In this document: positions 31,313 through 43,151 of the stretch, piece by piece | Position numbering within the stretch: the first letter of the stretch is position 1 | Layout of the letters: each line of letters starts with the position of its first letter | NCBI GenBank assembly: GCA_963785725.1 | Contig: CAWAWS010000005.1 | Location: 224,001-288,000 of the forward strand | DNA: 64,000 bases | DNA from: an uncultured delta proteobacterium | GTDB lineage: Bacteria; Myxococcota_A; Polyangia; Palsa-1104 | Reading direction: 5' to 3' | Notes under the pieces: model-generated | What the model was told of the DNA's origin: nothing | Database searches by the model: none | What the model saw: the letters and a program-made list of their open reading frames with translations, nothing else | Position numbers and translations under genes: made by a program

Positions 31313-31857
31313 TACTTCTTGGAGCTGCCGCCGTTGTTGCTCGACGACGAGTTGTACAGGCGGATGACTTCGCTCGTGATGTCGAGCGACGCCTGCGCCC
31401 ACACGACGGCGGCGCTGTGCTCGAGCACCATCGTGAAGTGATCGCGCTCGGCGATCTTCTGCACGACGCCGGTCAGCTTGGCGAGGATGCCGCGCGTCGC
31501 GTCCTGCTCTTTGGCGGCCAGATCCTTCTGCAGCCGCTGAAACGTGTCCTGGAGCTGCATGAAGCGCTGCTGCAGATCGGCCTGCTCCTTCTGCAACGCT
31601 TCCGGCTTCATCAGCGACGCCTTCTTGTCGAACGCGTCCTTGAGCTTCTTCAGCTCTTCCTGCTTCGCGTCGAGCTCTTGCTGCTTCTTGTCGAAGTCCG
31701 ACTTGAGGCGCGCCTTGGCCGCCTTGCCGTCGTTCGTCTCCTCGAGCGCGCGCTGCAAGTCGACATAAGCGATGTGGTCATCCGCCTGAGCCGCTCGCGC
31801 GGCAAAACCACTGACGAGCGTCAAAGCGAGCGTAAAGGCGAAGATGGAACGGGTCAT
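31312..31857 (-). CDS. skp: Periplasmic chaperone Skp/OmpH
   Basis: Signal peptide, [10 protein letters not shown], coiled coil, DITSEVI; follows bamA. Confidence 0.9.
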   Translation of the reverse strand: MTRSIFAFTLALTLVSGFAARAAQADDHIAYVDLQRALEETNDGKAAKARLKSDFDKKQQELDAKQEELKKLKDAFDKKASLMKPEALQKEQADLQQRFMQLQDTFQRLQKDLAAKEQDATRGILAKLTGVVQKIAERDHFTMVLEHSAAVVWAQASLDITSEVIRLYNSSSSNNGGSSKK

Positions 31858-31911
31858 GTCAGCTCCTAGATTTCGGCCGTTTCTTATGTGACGCACTAGC
31901 AATAGTCAAGC

Positions 31912-34362
31912 TTAGAAGAAGTTACCGATCGTGAACTCGAAGACGATCGGATCTTCACCCTGCTGGCGATTGAGCGGAATGCCCCACTCGAAGCGCAGCG
32001 GACCGATCGGCGACACCCAGCGAATACCGAAGCCCACCGAGTAACGCAGGTTCGAGAAGGTCGGGTATTGGTTGCACGGGCTGAACACGTCGGGAATGTT
32101 CGACACCGCGCTCGACGACGGGCAATAGCGCTGCTTCTCGGTGTTGTAGGCGTTGCCGGCGTCGAAGAAGACGACGCCTTTGATCTGCACGGCGGCGAAG
32201 ATCGGGAACTCGATCTCGCTGTTGAGAATGAGCTGCAGGTTTCCGCCGATCGTGAACTGCGACAGATAGGCGGACGGCTGCTGCTGCGACAGCACGTTGA
32301 CCTTCGGTCCGAGCGAGAACAGCTGGAAGCCGCGGATGGTGTTGATGCCGCCCAAGAAGTAGCGCTCGTACACCGGCACGCCTTGTGACGAGCGCGACGT
32401 GACGAGGCCGCCTTCCATGTTCAAGCGGAAGATGAACGGCCCCCAAATCGGCTTGTAGAAGCGCAGCCAGCCGCTGATGCGCGTGAAGACGGACTGTGAG
32501 GCGATGAGCGGATCGGCCACTTCCACCGAGAGCGAGTGGAACATACCGTTCTTGGGAAACATGCGATCGTCGCGCGTGTCGTAGTTCATCGACAGGCGAA
32601 TCGCCGAGGTGAAGCCCTTGCGGAACAGGTTGGCGACGGTGCCGGGCGTGACCTGCGCCGTCGGCGCGAAGCCGCCGATCGTGAGGCCGGCCTGGTTCTG
32701 CTGCACGTCGACGTATTCCAAGCGATAGGTCGCGAAGACGCGGGTGAAGTCGCCGAGCAGATAACCCCACGTCAAGTCGCCGCCGCGCGCTGTGCGATTG
32801 AACGACGGATAAAACAGCAGCGAGTTGTAGAGCGAGAACGAGAACGTCAGCTTGGTATCGAGGAAATAGGGATCGAGATAACGCAGCGTGAACAGCTGGC
32901 GCAGGCTCGAGATCTGCGCCTGCAGCTGCAGCGTCGTGCCGCGGCCGAACAGGTTGTTCTGCGAGACCTGCGCCTGGCCGATGAAGTTCTCGACCGACGA
33001 GAAGCCGGCGCCGATCTGGAACGTGCCGGTGGCGCGCTCGGTGACCTCGATGTTGACGTCGATGCGGTCGGTGCCCTCTTCGGTCTTCGTCGACAGGTCG
33101 ACCTTCTCGAAGAAGCCGAGCGCCTGAATCAGTCGTTTCGAGCGATCGAGGCGCGTTTGGTTGTAGAGCTCGCCTTCGTAGACGCGCATCTCGCGGCGAA
33201 TGACCTTGTCGCGCGTCTTCGTATTGCCGCGAATGTTGATGCGTCCGAAATAGACCTGATTGCCCTTTTGCAGATCGAAGACGACCTCGACCGAGCGCGT
33301 CGAGCCTTCGACCTGCGTCAGCGGCTGCACGTTGACGTAGGCGTAACCGAGATCTTTATAGAGATCGTTGAGATGCGTGATGTCGTTGGCGAGCTTGGTG
33401 CGATTGAAGGTCTCGCCTTCGTGCACCGACATACGCATGAAGTATTCGTCTTTGGGGAACAGCAGATCGCCTTTGAAGTCGATCTTGCCGATCTTGTACT
33501 GCTCGCCCTCTTCGATCGGAATGGTGATGTAGAGATATTCTTTGTCGGCGCTGAGCTCGATCTCGGGCTTGCCGAGCTTCACGTTGATGTAGCCGTGGTC
33601 GTAATAGAACGCCGTAATCAGCAGCATATCGCGGTCGAACGCGTCTTCGCGATAGGTGCCCGACGACGTCAAGAACGAGAGCCAGCCGCCCTCTTGCGTG
33701 CCCATCGCCGCGCGCAGCTCCGCTTCTTTGATGTGCGCGTTGCCGAGGAAGCTGATCTTGCGCACCTCGACTTTGGCGTGCTCGTCGCAGTTGAAGTAGA
33801 CGTCGACGTGCAGGTCGTCCTTGCGCTTGATCTCGTAGCCGACCTCGGCCAGGTAAAAGCCCTTTTCGACGTAGAGATCGTGGATCTTCTCGACGTTGCG
33901 CTTGATCTTGGCCTGGTCGACGATGTGCTCTTTTTTGATGTCGAGCACTTCGTTGATCTTGTCGAGGCCGACCTCGTGCGCGCCCGAGACGTAAATCTTG
34001 CGAATGATCGGCTTTTCCCGGAGCACGAAGAGCAGGTCGACCTTGCCGTTCGACTCCGACGCTTCGACTTGGACGTCCTCGAAATAGCCTATTTTCCAGA
34101 CGCTCTTGATGTCTTCGCGCAGCTGCTCCGAGTTCAGCTTCTCGCCCGGCTGCGACTTGATGGCGACGCGCATGGCGTCGTCTTCGGCCTTCTTGTTGCC
34201 GCGAAAGTGCAAGCTGCCGATGGTCTGGCCGTCGTAGACGACGATGCCGGGCGAGCGCAGCCCTTCGGTCTGCGCGAAGGTCGGCGACGCCAACGAGGCG
34301 ATGACGGCCGCCAGCAGCGCCGAGCAGATTCGCGGTGCGGCCGAATTGCGCGCCTTAGGCAT
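31912..34362 (-). CDS. bamA: Outer membrane protein assembly factor BamA
   Basis: POTRA motifs ([13 protein letters not shown]), [13 protein letters not shown]-terminal Phe. Confidence 0.95.
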   Translation of the reverse strand: MPKARNSAAPRICSALLAAVIASLASPTFAQTEGLRSPGIVVYDGQTIGSLHFRGNKKAEDDAMRVAIKSQPGEKLNSEQLREDIKSVWKIGYFEDVQVEASESNGKVDLLFVLREKPIIRKIYVSGAHEVGLDKINEVLDIKKEHIVDQAKIKRNVEKIHDLYVEKGFYLAEVGYEIKRKDDLHVDVYFNCDEHAKVEVRKISFLGNAHIKEAELRAAMGTQEGGWLSFLTSSGTYREDAFDRDMLLITAFYYDHGYINVKLGKPEIELSADKEYLYITIPIEEGEQYKIGKIDFKGDLLFPKDEYFMRMSVHEGETFNRTKLANDITHLNDLYKDLGYAYVNVQPLTQVEGSTRSVEVVFDLQKGNQVYFGRINIRGNTKTRDKVIRREMRVYEGELYNQTRLDRSKRLIQALGFFEKVDLSTKTEEGTDRIDVNIEVTERATGTFQIGAGFSSVENFIGQAQVSQNNLFGRGTTLQLQAQISSLRQLFTLRYLDPYFLDTKLTFSFSLYNSLLFYPSFNRTARGGDLTWGYLLGDFTRVFATYRLEYVDVQQNQAGLTIGGFAPTAQVTPGTVANLFRKGFTSAIRLSMNYDTRDDRMFPKNGMFHSLSVEVADPLIASQSVFTRISGWLRFYKPIWGPFIFRLNMEGGLVTSRSSQGVPVYERYFLGGINTIRGFQLFSLGPKVNVLSQQQPSAYLSQFTIGGNLQLILNSEIEFPIFAAVQIKGVVFFDAGNAYNTEKQRYCPSSSAVSNIPDVFSPCNQYPTFSNLRYSVGFGIRWVSPIGPLRFEWGIPLNRQQGEDPIVFEFTIGNFF

Positions 34363-35053
34363 GCGCGACCGTTTCGTCGAGCAGCACGCCGTCCACCATG
34401 CGAACGCGGCGCGGCATGCGCGACGCGAAGTCGACGTTGTGCGTCGTGACCAGCATGGTCGTGCCGCGCTCGCGGTTGAGCTCGACGATGAGCGCGTGAA
34501 TCTCCTCGCCCGTGTGCGTGTCGAGGTTGCCCGTCGGCTCGTCGGCCAAGAGCATGCGCGGGTCCATGATGAGCGCGCGCGCCAACGCCACGCGCTGCTG
34601 CTCGCCGCCGGACAGCTCGCCCGGGCGGTGCGTCAAACGATGCGCCAGCCCGACGCGGTCGAGCAGCTTCTCGGCGCGCTTGTTGGCATCGCCGCGCGTC
34701 ACGCCGGCGATGAGCGCGGGCATGGCGCAGTTCTCGACGGCGGTGAACTCGGGCAGCAAATGATGGAATTGGAAGACGAAGCCGATGGTGTGATTGCGGA
34801 AATCGGCGAGCTTGGCGGCGTTGAGCGACGTGACGTCGAGCGAGCCGTCGAACGTAATGGTGCCCGACGTCGGCTGATCGAGCGTGCCGAGCATATGCAG
34901 GAACGTCGATTTACCGACGCCCGATGAGCCTACGACTGCAACCATTTCCCCCGCGCCGATCGTCATGTCGATGCCGCGCAGCACCTCAATCGTCCGGCCG
35001 CCGTGGGCATACGACTTTCGCAGTTGTCGGATGTCGACGCGAGAACCGAGCAT
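34355..35053 (-). CDS. lolD: Lipoprotein-releasing ABC ATPase LolD
   Basis: [41 protein letters not shown]. Confidence 0.9.
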   Translation of the reverse strand: MLGSRVDIRQLRKSYAHGGRTIEVLRGIDMTIGAGEMVAVVGSSGVGKSTFLHMLGTLDQPTSGTITFDGSLDVTSLNAAKLADFRNHTIGFVFQFHHLLPEFTAVENCAMPALIAGVTRGDANKRAEKLLDRVGLAHRLTHRPGELSGGEQQRVALARALIMDPRMLLADEPTGNLDTHTGEEIHALIVELNRERGTTMLVTTHNVDFASRMPRRVRMVDGVLLDETVAHA

Positions 35054-35177
35054 TGAAGGTGGCGCAGTGTACTGCAATTGACCGGGATTTGAAGCAAAAG
35101 GTTGCCTCGGAATCGGTAAGGATTTCGGGGAAACCGAAGGACGGCGCCCGAGCCCTCGCCAGCGACGGCAGCCGGGG

Positions 35178-36992
35178 TTAGTTTTTGGCTTCGCGCAGGC
35201 CGTCGACGGGACGCAGCCGGGCCGCCATCCAGGCCGGATAGAGCGTGGCCAAGAGCGCGATCGCCAGGGCGGCGAAGAAGACGGTGCCGATCTCGTACGG
35301 GTTCATCTGCACCGGCAGCGACGTGATGTAGTAGACGTCGGGATCGAGCGGCAGGCCGAAGCGGCCGAGCGCCCAGCAGCTCAAGACGCCGACCGCGATG
35401 CCGCTGACGGTGCCGATGGAGCCGATGAACAGGCCGAGCAGCATGAAGGTGCCCAAGATCGAGCGGTCGCTCGCGCCCATCGACTTCAAGATCGCCACTT
35501 CGCGGCCCTTTTCCATGACCAGCATCGTGCCGTTGGCGATGATCGAGAAGGCGGCGACGAGGATGATGAAGCAGAGCAGCACGAACATGAGGATCTTCTC
35601 GATCTTGAGCGCCGAGAAGAGGCTGCGATTGAGCTCCTTCCAGTCCTGCACGTCGTAGCTGGGACCGACGAGCGCCTTGACGGCGGCGACGGCGTTCTCC
35701 GTTTGATCGGCGTCGCGCACCTTGAGCTCGATGCCGGTCACTTCGCCGTCCATCGTGAAGAACTTCTGCGCGCTGGCGAGCGAGACGTACGTGTATTTGT
35801 TGTCGTATTCGAACATGCCGCTGTAGAAGATGCCGGCGACGCGGAACGGCTTGGACTTCGGGATCGCGCCCGTGGGGCCGATGCCGCCGAAGGGCGAAAT
35901 GAGGTTCACGTCGTCGCCGAGATAGACGCGCAGCGACCGGGCCAATTCGCGGCCGACGAGCACGCCGGGCACGATGCGGCGCTCGAACAGCGGCGGCTCG
36001 GCATCTTTGGCGTGATCGTGCCCGTCGGACGGCGCGAAGCGCACGATCGCGTCGTCCTTCTTGCCGCTGACGGCCGGCGCGAAATGCACGACGCCGTCAT
36101 CCTTGGCGTCGCCGACTTTGCCACTGACTTTGCCGCTTTCCGGCGGCGCGACATGCGCGTGCTGGTCGTCGTCGGCCGCCGTCTTGCCGCTGTCGGTCGG
36201 CGTCTCGGTGACCGCCGATTTCGCGGCCAGCTCCGCCAGCGACGGCTTGCGCGCGCCCTCGTTCTCGCCCGTCGGCTTCTTGTCGTCTTTGGCTTTGTCG
36301 CCTTTGCTCTTGGCGTCGTCGTCGTCCTGAAACAGCGATGGTCCACCGAGCCCGCGCAGCTTCTTGGGATCGTCGAGGTAGCCGAGATCGCCGACATCGG
36401 TATTCTTCGCGACGTCGGTGACCGAGCCGACGGTGGCGGTGTCGATACCTTTGACGACGACCCCCGACTCGTTCGACGATGACGTCAGCATCACCTCGTT
36501 CATGATGAACGGCGTCGCGCCGACGACGTCAGGCAGCTTGACCATCTGATCGCGCAGCCGCTGATAGTCGGTGAACGGCTGATCGAGCCGCGTGACGACG
36601 ATGTGCGCGTTCGTGCCCAAGATCTTGTGCTTCAGATCCTGCTCGAAGCCGGACATGACGGAGAGCACGATGACGAGCGCGGCGGTGCCCAAAAACAGGC
36701 CGAAAACGGAGATGGTGGTGAAGATCGTCAGTCGCCAAATGAGCACGATGAAGTAGGCGACGAGGAACAAGACGATGAAGCCGATGAGCGGCGCCAGCTT
36801 GAACGCCGTGCTGTTCATCGCCGCGAACTCCTGCACGCGCAGGTTGTGCGTGCCGAAGACGAAGCGCTTGATGAGATCGCTGATGAGGAATGGCAGGCTG
36901 AAGCCGCCCGGCCACCACAAGAGCTTGCGGCGCGAGCCCTGCTTCCCGAGCGCGAAGTAGCGGTTCGCGATCAGCCACTGAAAACCGAGCAT
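35178..36992 (-). CDS. lolC: Lipoprotein-releasing permease LolC/E with a large periplasmic insertion
   Basis: [15 protein letters not shown] motif ([12 protein letters not shown]), [37 protein letters not shown]. Confidence 0.85.
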   Translation of the reverse strand: MLGFQWLIANRYFALGKQGSRRKLLWWPGGFSLPFLISDLIKRFVFGTHNLRVQEFAAMNSTAFKLAPLIGFIVLFLVAYFIVLIWRLTIFTTISVFGLFLGTAALVIVLSVMSGFEQDLKHKILGTNAHIVVTRLDQPFTDYQRLRDQMVKLPDVVGATPFIMNEVMLTSSSNESGVVVKGIDTATVGSVTDVAKNTDVGDLGYLDDPKKLRGLGGPSLFQDDDDAKSKGDKAKDDKKPTGENEGARKPSLAELAAKSAVTETPTDSGKTAADDDQHAHVAPPESGKVSGKVGDAKDDGVVHFAPAVSGKKDDAIVRFAPSDGHDHAKDAEPPLFERRIVPGVLVGRELARSLRVYLGDDVNLISPFGGIGPTGAIPKSKPFRVAGIFYSGMFEYDNKYTYVSLASAQKFFTMDGEVTGIELKVRDADQTENAVAAVKALVGPSYDVQDWKELNRSLFSALKIEKILMFVLLCFIILVAAFSIIANGTMLVMEKGREVAILKSMGASDRSILGTFMLLGLFIGSIGTVSGIAVGVLSCWALGRFGLPLDPDVYYITSLPVQMNPYEIGTVFFAALAIALLATLYPAWMAARLRPVDGLREAKN

Positions 36993-36995
36993 GGG

Positions 36996-38424
36996 CTACG
37001 GCTCGTCGGGCCGCATCTGCGGGAAGAGGATGACGTCGCGGATCGACGGCTGATTCGTCAAGAGCATGACCAAGCGATCGATGCCGATGCCCTCGCCTGC
37101 CGTCGGCGGCATGCCGTATTCGAGCGCGCGACAGAAGTCTTCGTCGTAGTCCATCGCCTCTTCGTTGCCGCCGGCCTTGGAGTCGACCTGCGCCGCGAAG
37201 CGCGCCCGCTGATCGACGGGATCGTTCAGCTCCGAGAACGCGTTGGCATACTCGCGGCCGTTGATGAAGAGCTCGAAGCGATCGGTAAAGCGCGGATCTT
37301 TGTCGTTCTTTCGCGCCAGCGGCGACGTCTCGATCGGATGCTGCGTCACGAAGGTCGGCTGCACGAGCGTCGCCTCGATGCGCTGCTCGAAGGCGTCGAC
37401 GAGCGGCTTGCCGACGAGCGGCTCGCCCACCAACTCCTGCATCGTCGCGCGGCGAAACGGCGCCTTGAGCGAGATCGTCTGACCCTGATATTCGATCTCG
37501 GTCGTGCCGCAGACGTCGAGCGCCAGCCGCTCGAACAGCTGCTCGGTCAGCGTCATCAAGTCTTCGTACGTCGAGTGCGCCTGATAGAACTCGATCGTCG
37601 TGAACTCGGGGTTGTGCGTGCGATCCATGCCTTCGTTGCGAAAGAGCCGCCCGATTTCGTAGACGCGATCGATGCCGCCGACGACGAGCCGCTTCAGGTC
37701 GAGCTCGGTGGCGATGCGCAGAAAGAGATCGATATCGAGCGCGTTGTGGTGCGTCTTGAACGGCCGCGCCGCGGCGCCGCCGTTGGTCGACAGCAGCATG
37801 CGCGTCTCCGACTCGACGAAGCCGCGCTCGTCGAAGAAGCGACGAATTCCCGAGACGATGCGGGCGCGCTTGCGGAAGATCTCGACCTTCTCGGGATGGA
37901 CGATGAAGTCGAAGTAGCGCTGGCGATAGAGCAGCCCCACGTCGGTGACGTCATGGCCCTCCTGCAGCACTTTGCCCGGCAGCGGCCGAATCGCCTTGGT
38001 CAAGAGGCGCAGCTCTTCGATCTTGAGCGCCCGCTTCTCCTTGCGCGTCTTGAACAGCGGGCCGCGCGCGCCGACGATGTCGCCGAGCTGCAGCTGATCC
38101 TTGGCGACGGCGAAGGCGGCGGCCGAATCGGCCTTCACGTAGAGCTGCAGCATTTCGCCGCCATCTCCGCGTAAAAACAGGAAGCGCGCCTTGCCCATCT
38201 CGTTGACCTGCACGAGCCGGCCGGCGACCGAATAGCGCGGGTCCGAATCCTGGATTTCGGTGTCCGGCTTGAGCTGCGCGAGGTCGTTCGGCAGAACGGC
38301 GATGGCGTGCGTCACGACGAAGTCGTTGGCGTACGGGTTCACGCCGCTCGCGCGCAGAGACTCCGCAGCTTCGAGCGCGGGCGCGCATTTGACCTTCGAG
38401 ATCGGACGATTCAATCGACATCAT
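36996..38424 (-). CDS. lysS: Lysyl-tRNA synthetase (class II), frameshift near 38377
   Basis: [52 protein letters not shown]-terminus [15 protein letters not shown] lies in the adjacent frame. Confidence 0.95.
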
Positions 38425-38475
38425 ATTCACAAGTTATCCACAGGTAACGGCGACGTCTGGCCCGACTTATCCACA
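38423..38475 (+). promoter_or_regulatory. Cluster of DnaA boxes
   Basis: TTATCCACA at 38434-38442 and 38467-38475; ATATTCACA (one mismatch to TTWTNCACA) at 38423-38431. Confidence 0.8.
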
Positions 38476-38491
38476 GTCAACCGGGAAAAAT

Positions 38492-39621
38492 TTACGCTTC
38501 TACTGGATTTTCCGCTTCGCCCGAAGCCTGCAGCAGATACGCCTGGATGAACGGGTCGATGTCGCCATCGAGCACACCGTCGACGTTCGACACCTTGAGC
38601 TCGGTGCGATGGTCGTTCACGAGCCGATACGGCGCCAGCACATACGAACGAATCTGCGAGCCCCACTCGATCGCTTTTTTCTGCGCGTGGACGTCGCCCA
38701 TCTTGGCCAGGCGCTCCTGCTCCTCTTTTTCGTAGAGCTTGGCGCGCAGCATCTTCATGCACGACGACTTGTTCTTGTGCTGCGAGCGCTCCGACTGGCA
38801 GGCGACGACGATGCCCGACGGGTGATGGATGATGCGCACCGCCGACTCGGTCTTGTTGACGTGCTGGCCGCCGGCGCCGCCCGAGCGGAAACGTCTGCAC
38901 CTCGAGGTCTTCGGTCGCGGATGTCGATGTTGATGGTCTCGTCGAGATCGGGGTAGACGAAGACGGCGGCGAACGCCGGTCTGGCGGCGCGCGTTGGCGT
39001 CGAACGGCGAGATGCGGACGAGGCGATGCACGCCGTTCTCGGCGTGCAAGTAGCCGAACGCCCAGTCGCCCGCGACGCTGAACGAGGCGCACTTGATGCC
39101 GGCTTCGTCGCCGGGCTGGTAGTCCGATCACTCGATCTTGTAGCCTTTGCGCTCGCACCAGCGCGATGTACATGCGCAGCGAGCATCTCCGCCCAGTCCT
39201 GCGCGTCGACGCCGCCGGCGCCGGCGTTGATGCTGACGAGCGCGCCGGCGCGGTCGTTGCGCGCCCGACAGCATGCGCGCGAACTCCATCTCTTCGACGG
39301 CGGCCTTGCGACTTGGCCATGGCTCGGCCTCGGCCGGGCTGGCCTCGTCGCCGGCTTCGGCCGCGAGGTCGAGCAGCACCTCGGCGTCGTCGAGCGCGCG
39401 CGCTGCTTCTGCCAGCCTTCGACGGCGTCGCGCTTCTGCGCCTGCTCGCGCAAGCAGGCCTGCGCCTGCTTCTGGTCGTTCCAGAACTCGGCCGCGCCGC
39501 GAGTCGAGTCGATCTCGGCTACGCGAGCCTGCGCGCCGGTCGACGTCAAAGACTCCCTCGAAGCCGGTCAGCTCAGCTCCGAGGGTCTGCGATGCAGCTC
39601 CCGTAAGGGTTCGGTTTCCAC
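38492..39621 (-). CDS. prfB: Peptide chain release factor 2 (programmed +1 frameshift plus several probable sequencing indels)
   Basis: [47 protein letters not shown]. Confidence 0.93.
39545..39560 (-). promoter_or_regulatory. prfB programmed +1 frameshift site
   Basis: GAGGGAGT CTT TGA C: internal SD-like sequence followed by CTT-TGA-C. Confidence 0.9.
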
Positions 39622-39677
39622 GCGCGTATTCTATCGCGACGCGGCAGATGGTGCCGAGACAATGTCGCGCCGGCCGG

Positions 39678-41092
<1,415 letters not shown>

Positions 41093-41187
41093 GACGAGCA
41101 ATCCTCCAGCGGAGACGGTGATCTAACACACCGACGGACCTGCCGCCACGGAATTCTCCTGACTTTCCGACGGGGAGCGCTCGTCCG

Positions 41188-41994
41188 TCAGGCAAACAAG
41201 CGACTGGCGTTGCCGCCCAGGATCTGGGATCGCTGCGGCTCCGGGATGTGGGTCTCGAGCCAGCGCAGCTCGCGATCCCACTCGTACGGGATGTTCGGGA
41301 AGTCGGTGCCGTAGAGGATGCGATCGGCGTGGCGGATCAAGAGCTCGGGCGCGAGTGGCCGGGCGAACCAGTCGCCGAGCACCATCGTCGTGTCGAGGTG
41401 CAGGTTGGGGAATTCGTCGAGCAGCGCCAGGTAGGCCAGCTCTTCGTCGGCGCCGAGGTGCGGCACCAGCATCTTCAGCCGCGGATGGCGCTGCAACACG
41501 CGGCGCGTGGCGTCGACCGAGCACAAGGCGCGCGTGTCGAGGCCGTAGCCGTCGAGGCAAGGCGCGCGGCCGGCGTGGATGACGACGGGCACGCCGGCGT
41601 CCGCGGCTTTGCGGTAGACGACGTCGAGGCGCGCGTCGTCGGGCGTCAGCTTCTGGACGTGGCAGTGGAGCTTGAAGCCGCGCATTCCGAGGCGCAGCGC
41701 TTCGTCGATGATGGCGGCTTCGTCGGGCTCGCCGGGCAAGACGGTGCCGAGCGGAATCAGCTGCGAATGCGCGGCGGCGAGCTCGGCCATGAAGCGGTTG
41801 AGCTCGCGCGCCATCTCGGGCACGTGGCTGTACGAGAGGCCGACGAAACGATCGATCCCGTTCGTGGTCAGGTGCGCGATAACCTCGTCGGCGTGCAGGC
41901 GATAGCGAATGTTCCAGGCGTGACGATCGAACCAGCGCCAGATGGCGTCGAACACGCGCGGCGGAAACAGATGGACGTGAGCGTCGATCAGCAC
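41188..41994 (-). CDS. Amidohydrolase_2 family metal-dependent hydrolase
   Basis: IDAHVH, FKLHCH, VIHAG, PHLG, LYGTDFP. Confidence 0.88.
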   Translation of the reverse strand: MLIDAHVHLFPPRVFDAIWRWFDRHAWNIRYRLHADEVIAHLTTNGIDRFVGLSYSHVPEMARELNRFMAELAAAHSQLIPLGTVLPGEPDEAAIIDEALRLGMRGFKLHCHVQKLTPDDARLDVVYRKAADAGVPVVIHAGRAPCLDGYGLDTRALCSVDATRRVLQRHPRLKMLVPHLGADEELAYLALLDEFPNLHLDTTMVLGDWFARPLAPELLIRHADRILYGTDFPNIPYEWDRELRWLETHIPEPQRSQILGGNASRLFA

Positions 41995-42016
41995 GGACGA
42001 ATGATATGCTGCAAAC
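41995..42016. promoter_or_regulatory. Bidirectional overlapping -10 elements
   Basis: TATGCT (+, 42005-42010) and TATCAT (-, 42006-42001), each 6 nt from a GTG start. Confidence 0.6.
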
Positions 42017-43096
42017 GTGCGCTTTTACGCATTTCTCGACGGTGCGCTCGGCTACGACTGCGTCACGTGCGGGTCGCGCTGCTGCAAGGGCGCGGGCTTC
42101 GCGTTGGCGCCGGCGGAGCTGACGCAGCTGGCGAGGCGCGCGCCGACGATCGTGCCGTTCTTGCAGCTGCGCGATGGGCTGGTCTTGGCGACGAACTCCG
42201 CCGATGGCTGCTGGCAGCTGGCCGACGATGGCCGCTGCAGCCTCGAGGTGACGTTCGGCCATGCGGCGAAGCCGTCGACGTGCCGGCTGTTTCCGACGAA
42301 TCGGCTGCTGCGCGCGGGCGAGGTGACCGTCGTCGAGCTGCAGCTGGCGTCGTGTCCGATCCGGCCGGCGCGCGAGGTGCCCGAACGCGCCGGCGCGACG
42401 GTGATTCGCTGGGCCGACGTCGACCGCGAGCTCGACGACGCCGGCGCCGGCGCGGTGACGCTGGATGCGAAGCTGCCGCCGGCCACGCCCGACGGCTGGG
42501 TGGCGCGCGAAATCGAGCGGCGCGACGCCACGGCGGCGCTGCTCGACGCGCCGAGCGCGGCCGACGTGCTGGTGGCGCTCGGCGGCGAGACGACGCGTTT
42601 GGCGCGGCTGCAGACGGCGTGGCGGCGCTATTTCGCGCTCGCCGACACCGAAGCGGCGCCGCTCGAGGCGGCCGTCGCGCGGCCGTTCACGCTGGCGCTG
42701 CCGTCGCTGCGCTGGCAAGCGTTGACGGCGCCGGGCGCGCCGCCCTATCCGCGCCTGACCGCCGCGCTCGACGCCGAGCTGCTGGCGGGCGCGTTCGTGG
42801 CGACGCTGTCGGCGCGGTCGGGCGCCGCGCTCGGGCAGTCGCCGTCGCTGCGCCGCGTGGCCGAGCTGTGGCGCGGGCTGCCGCTCGTGCGCGCGCTCTT
42901 GGCACGCTGGGAGACGCAGGTGACGCTCGCCGACGGGCCCGCGCCACCGGCGGCGCCGCCGGAGCTGGCCGCGGCTTGGTCGGCGCTGCAAGCGCGGGCG
43001 CGCGACCACGCCATCGGCGACGCGCTGGCCGCGACCGAGCTGTCGCCGACGCTGCGGCCGCTGCTGCTGCGGCTGGCGTCCGATCGCCTCCGCTAA
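42017..43096 (+). CDS. YkgJ/FliB-like Cys-cluster (zinc/iron-chelating) protein
   Basis: YDCVTCGSRCC, CWQL, GRC, KPSTCRLFP, CP. Confidence 0.7.
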   Translation: MRFYAFLDGALGYDCVTCGSRCCKGAGFALAPAELTQLARRAPTIVPFLQLRDGLVLATNSADGCWQLADDGRCSLEVTFGHAAKPSTCRLFPTNRLLRAGEVTVVELQLASCPIRPAREVPERAGATVIRWADVDRELDDAGAGAVTLDAKLPPATPDGWVAREIERRDATAALLDAPSAADVLVALGGETTRLARLQTAWRRYFALADTEAAPLEAAVARPFTLALPSLRWQALTAPGAPPYPRLTAALDAELLAGAFVATLSARSGAALGQSPSLRRVAELWRGLPLVRALLARWETQVTLADGPAPPAAPPELAAAWSALQARARDHAIGDALAATELSPTLRPLLLRLASDRLR

Positions 43097-43151
43097 ACAG
43101 TGTCCCTCGGCTCGTGGTCCAGCGTCCGGCGCTTGTTAGTTATTGTAGAAG

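Noticed and set aside
38423..38491. Replication origin
   Set aside because: Only 2-3 boxes in a short gap, no AT-rich unwinding region and no dnaA/dnaN neighbours
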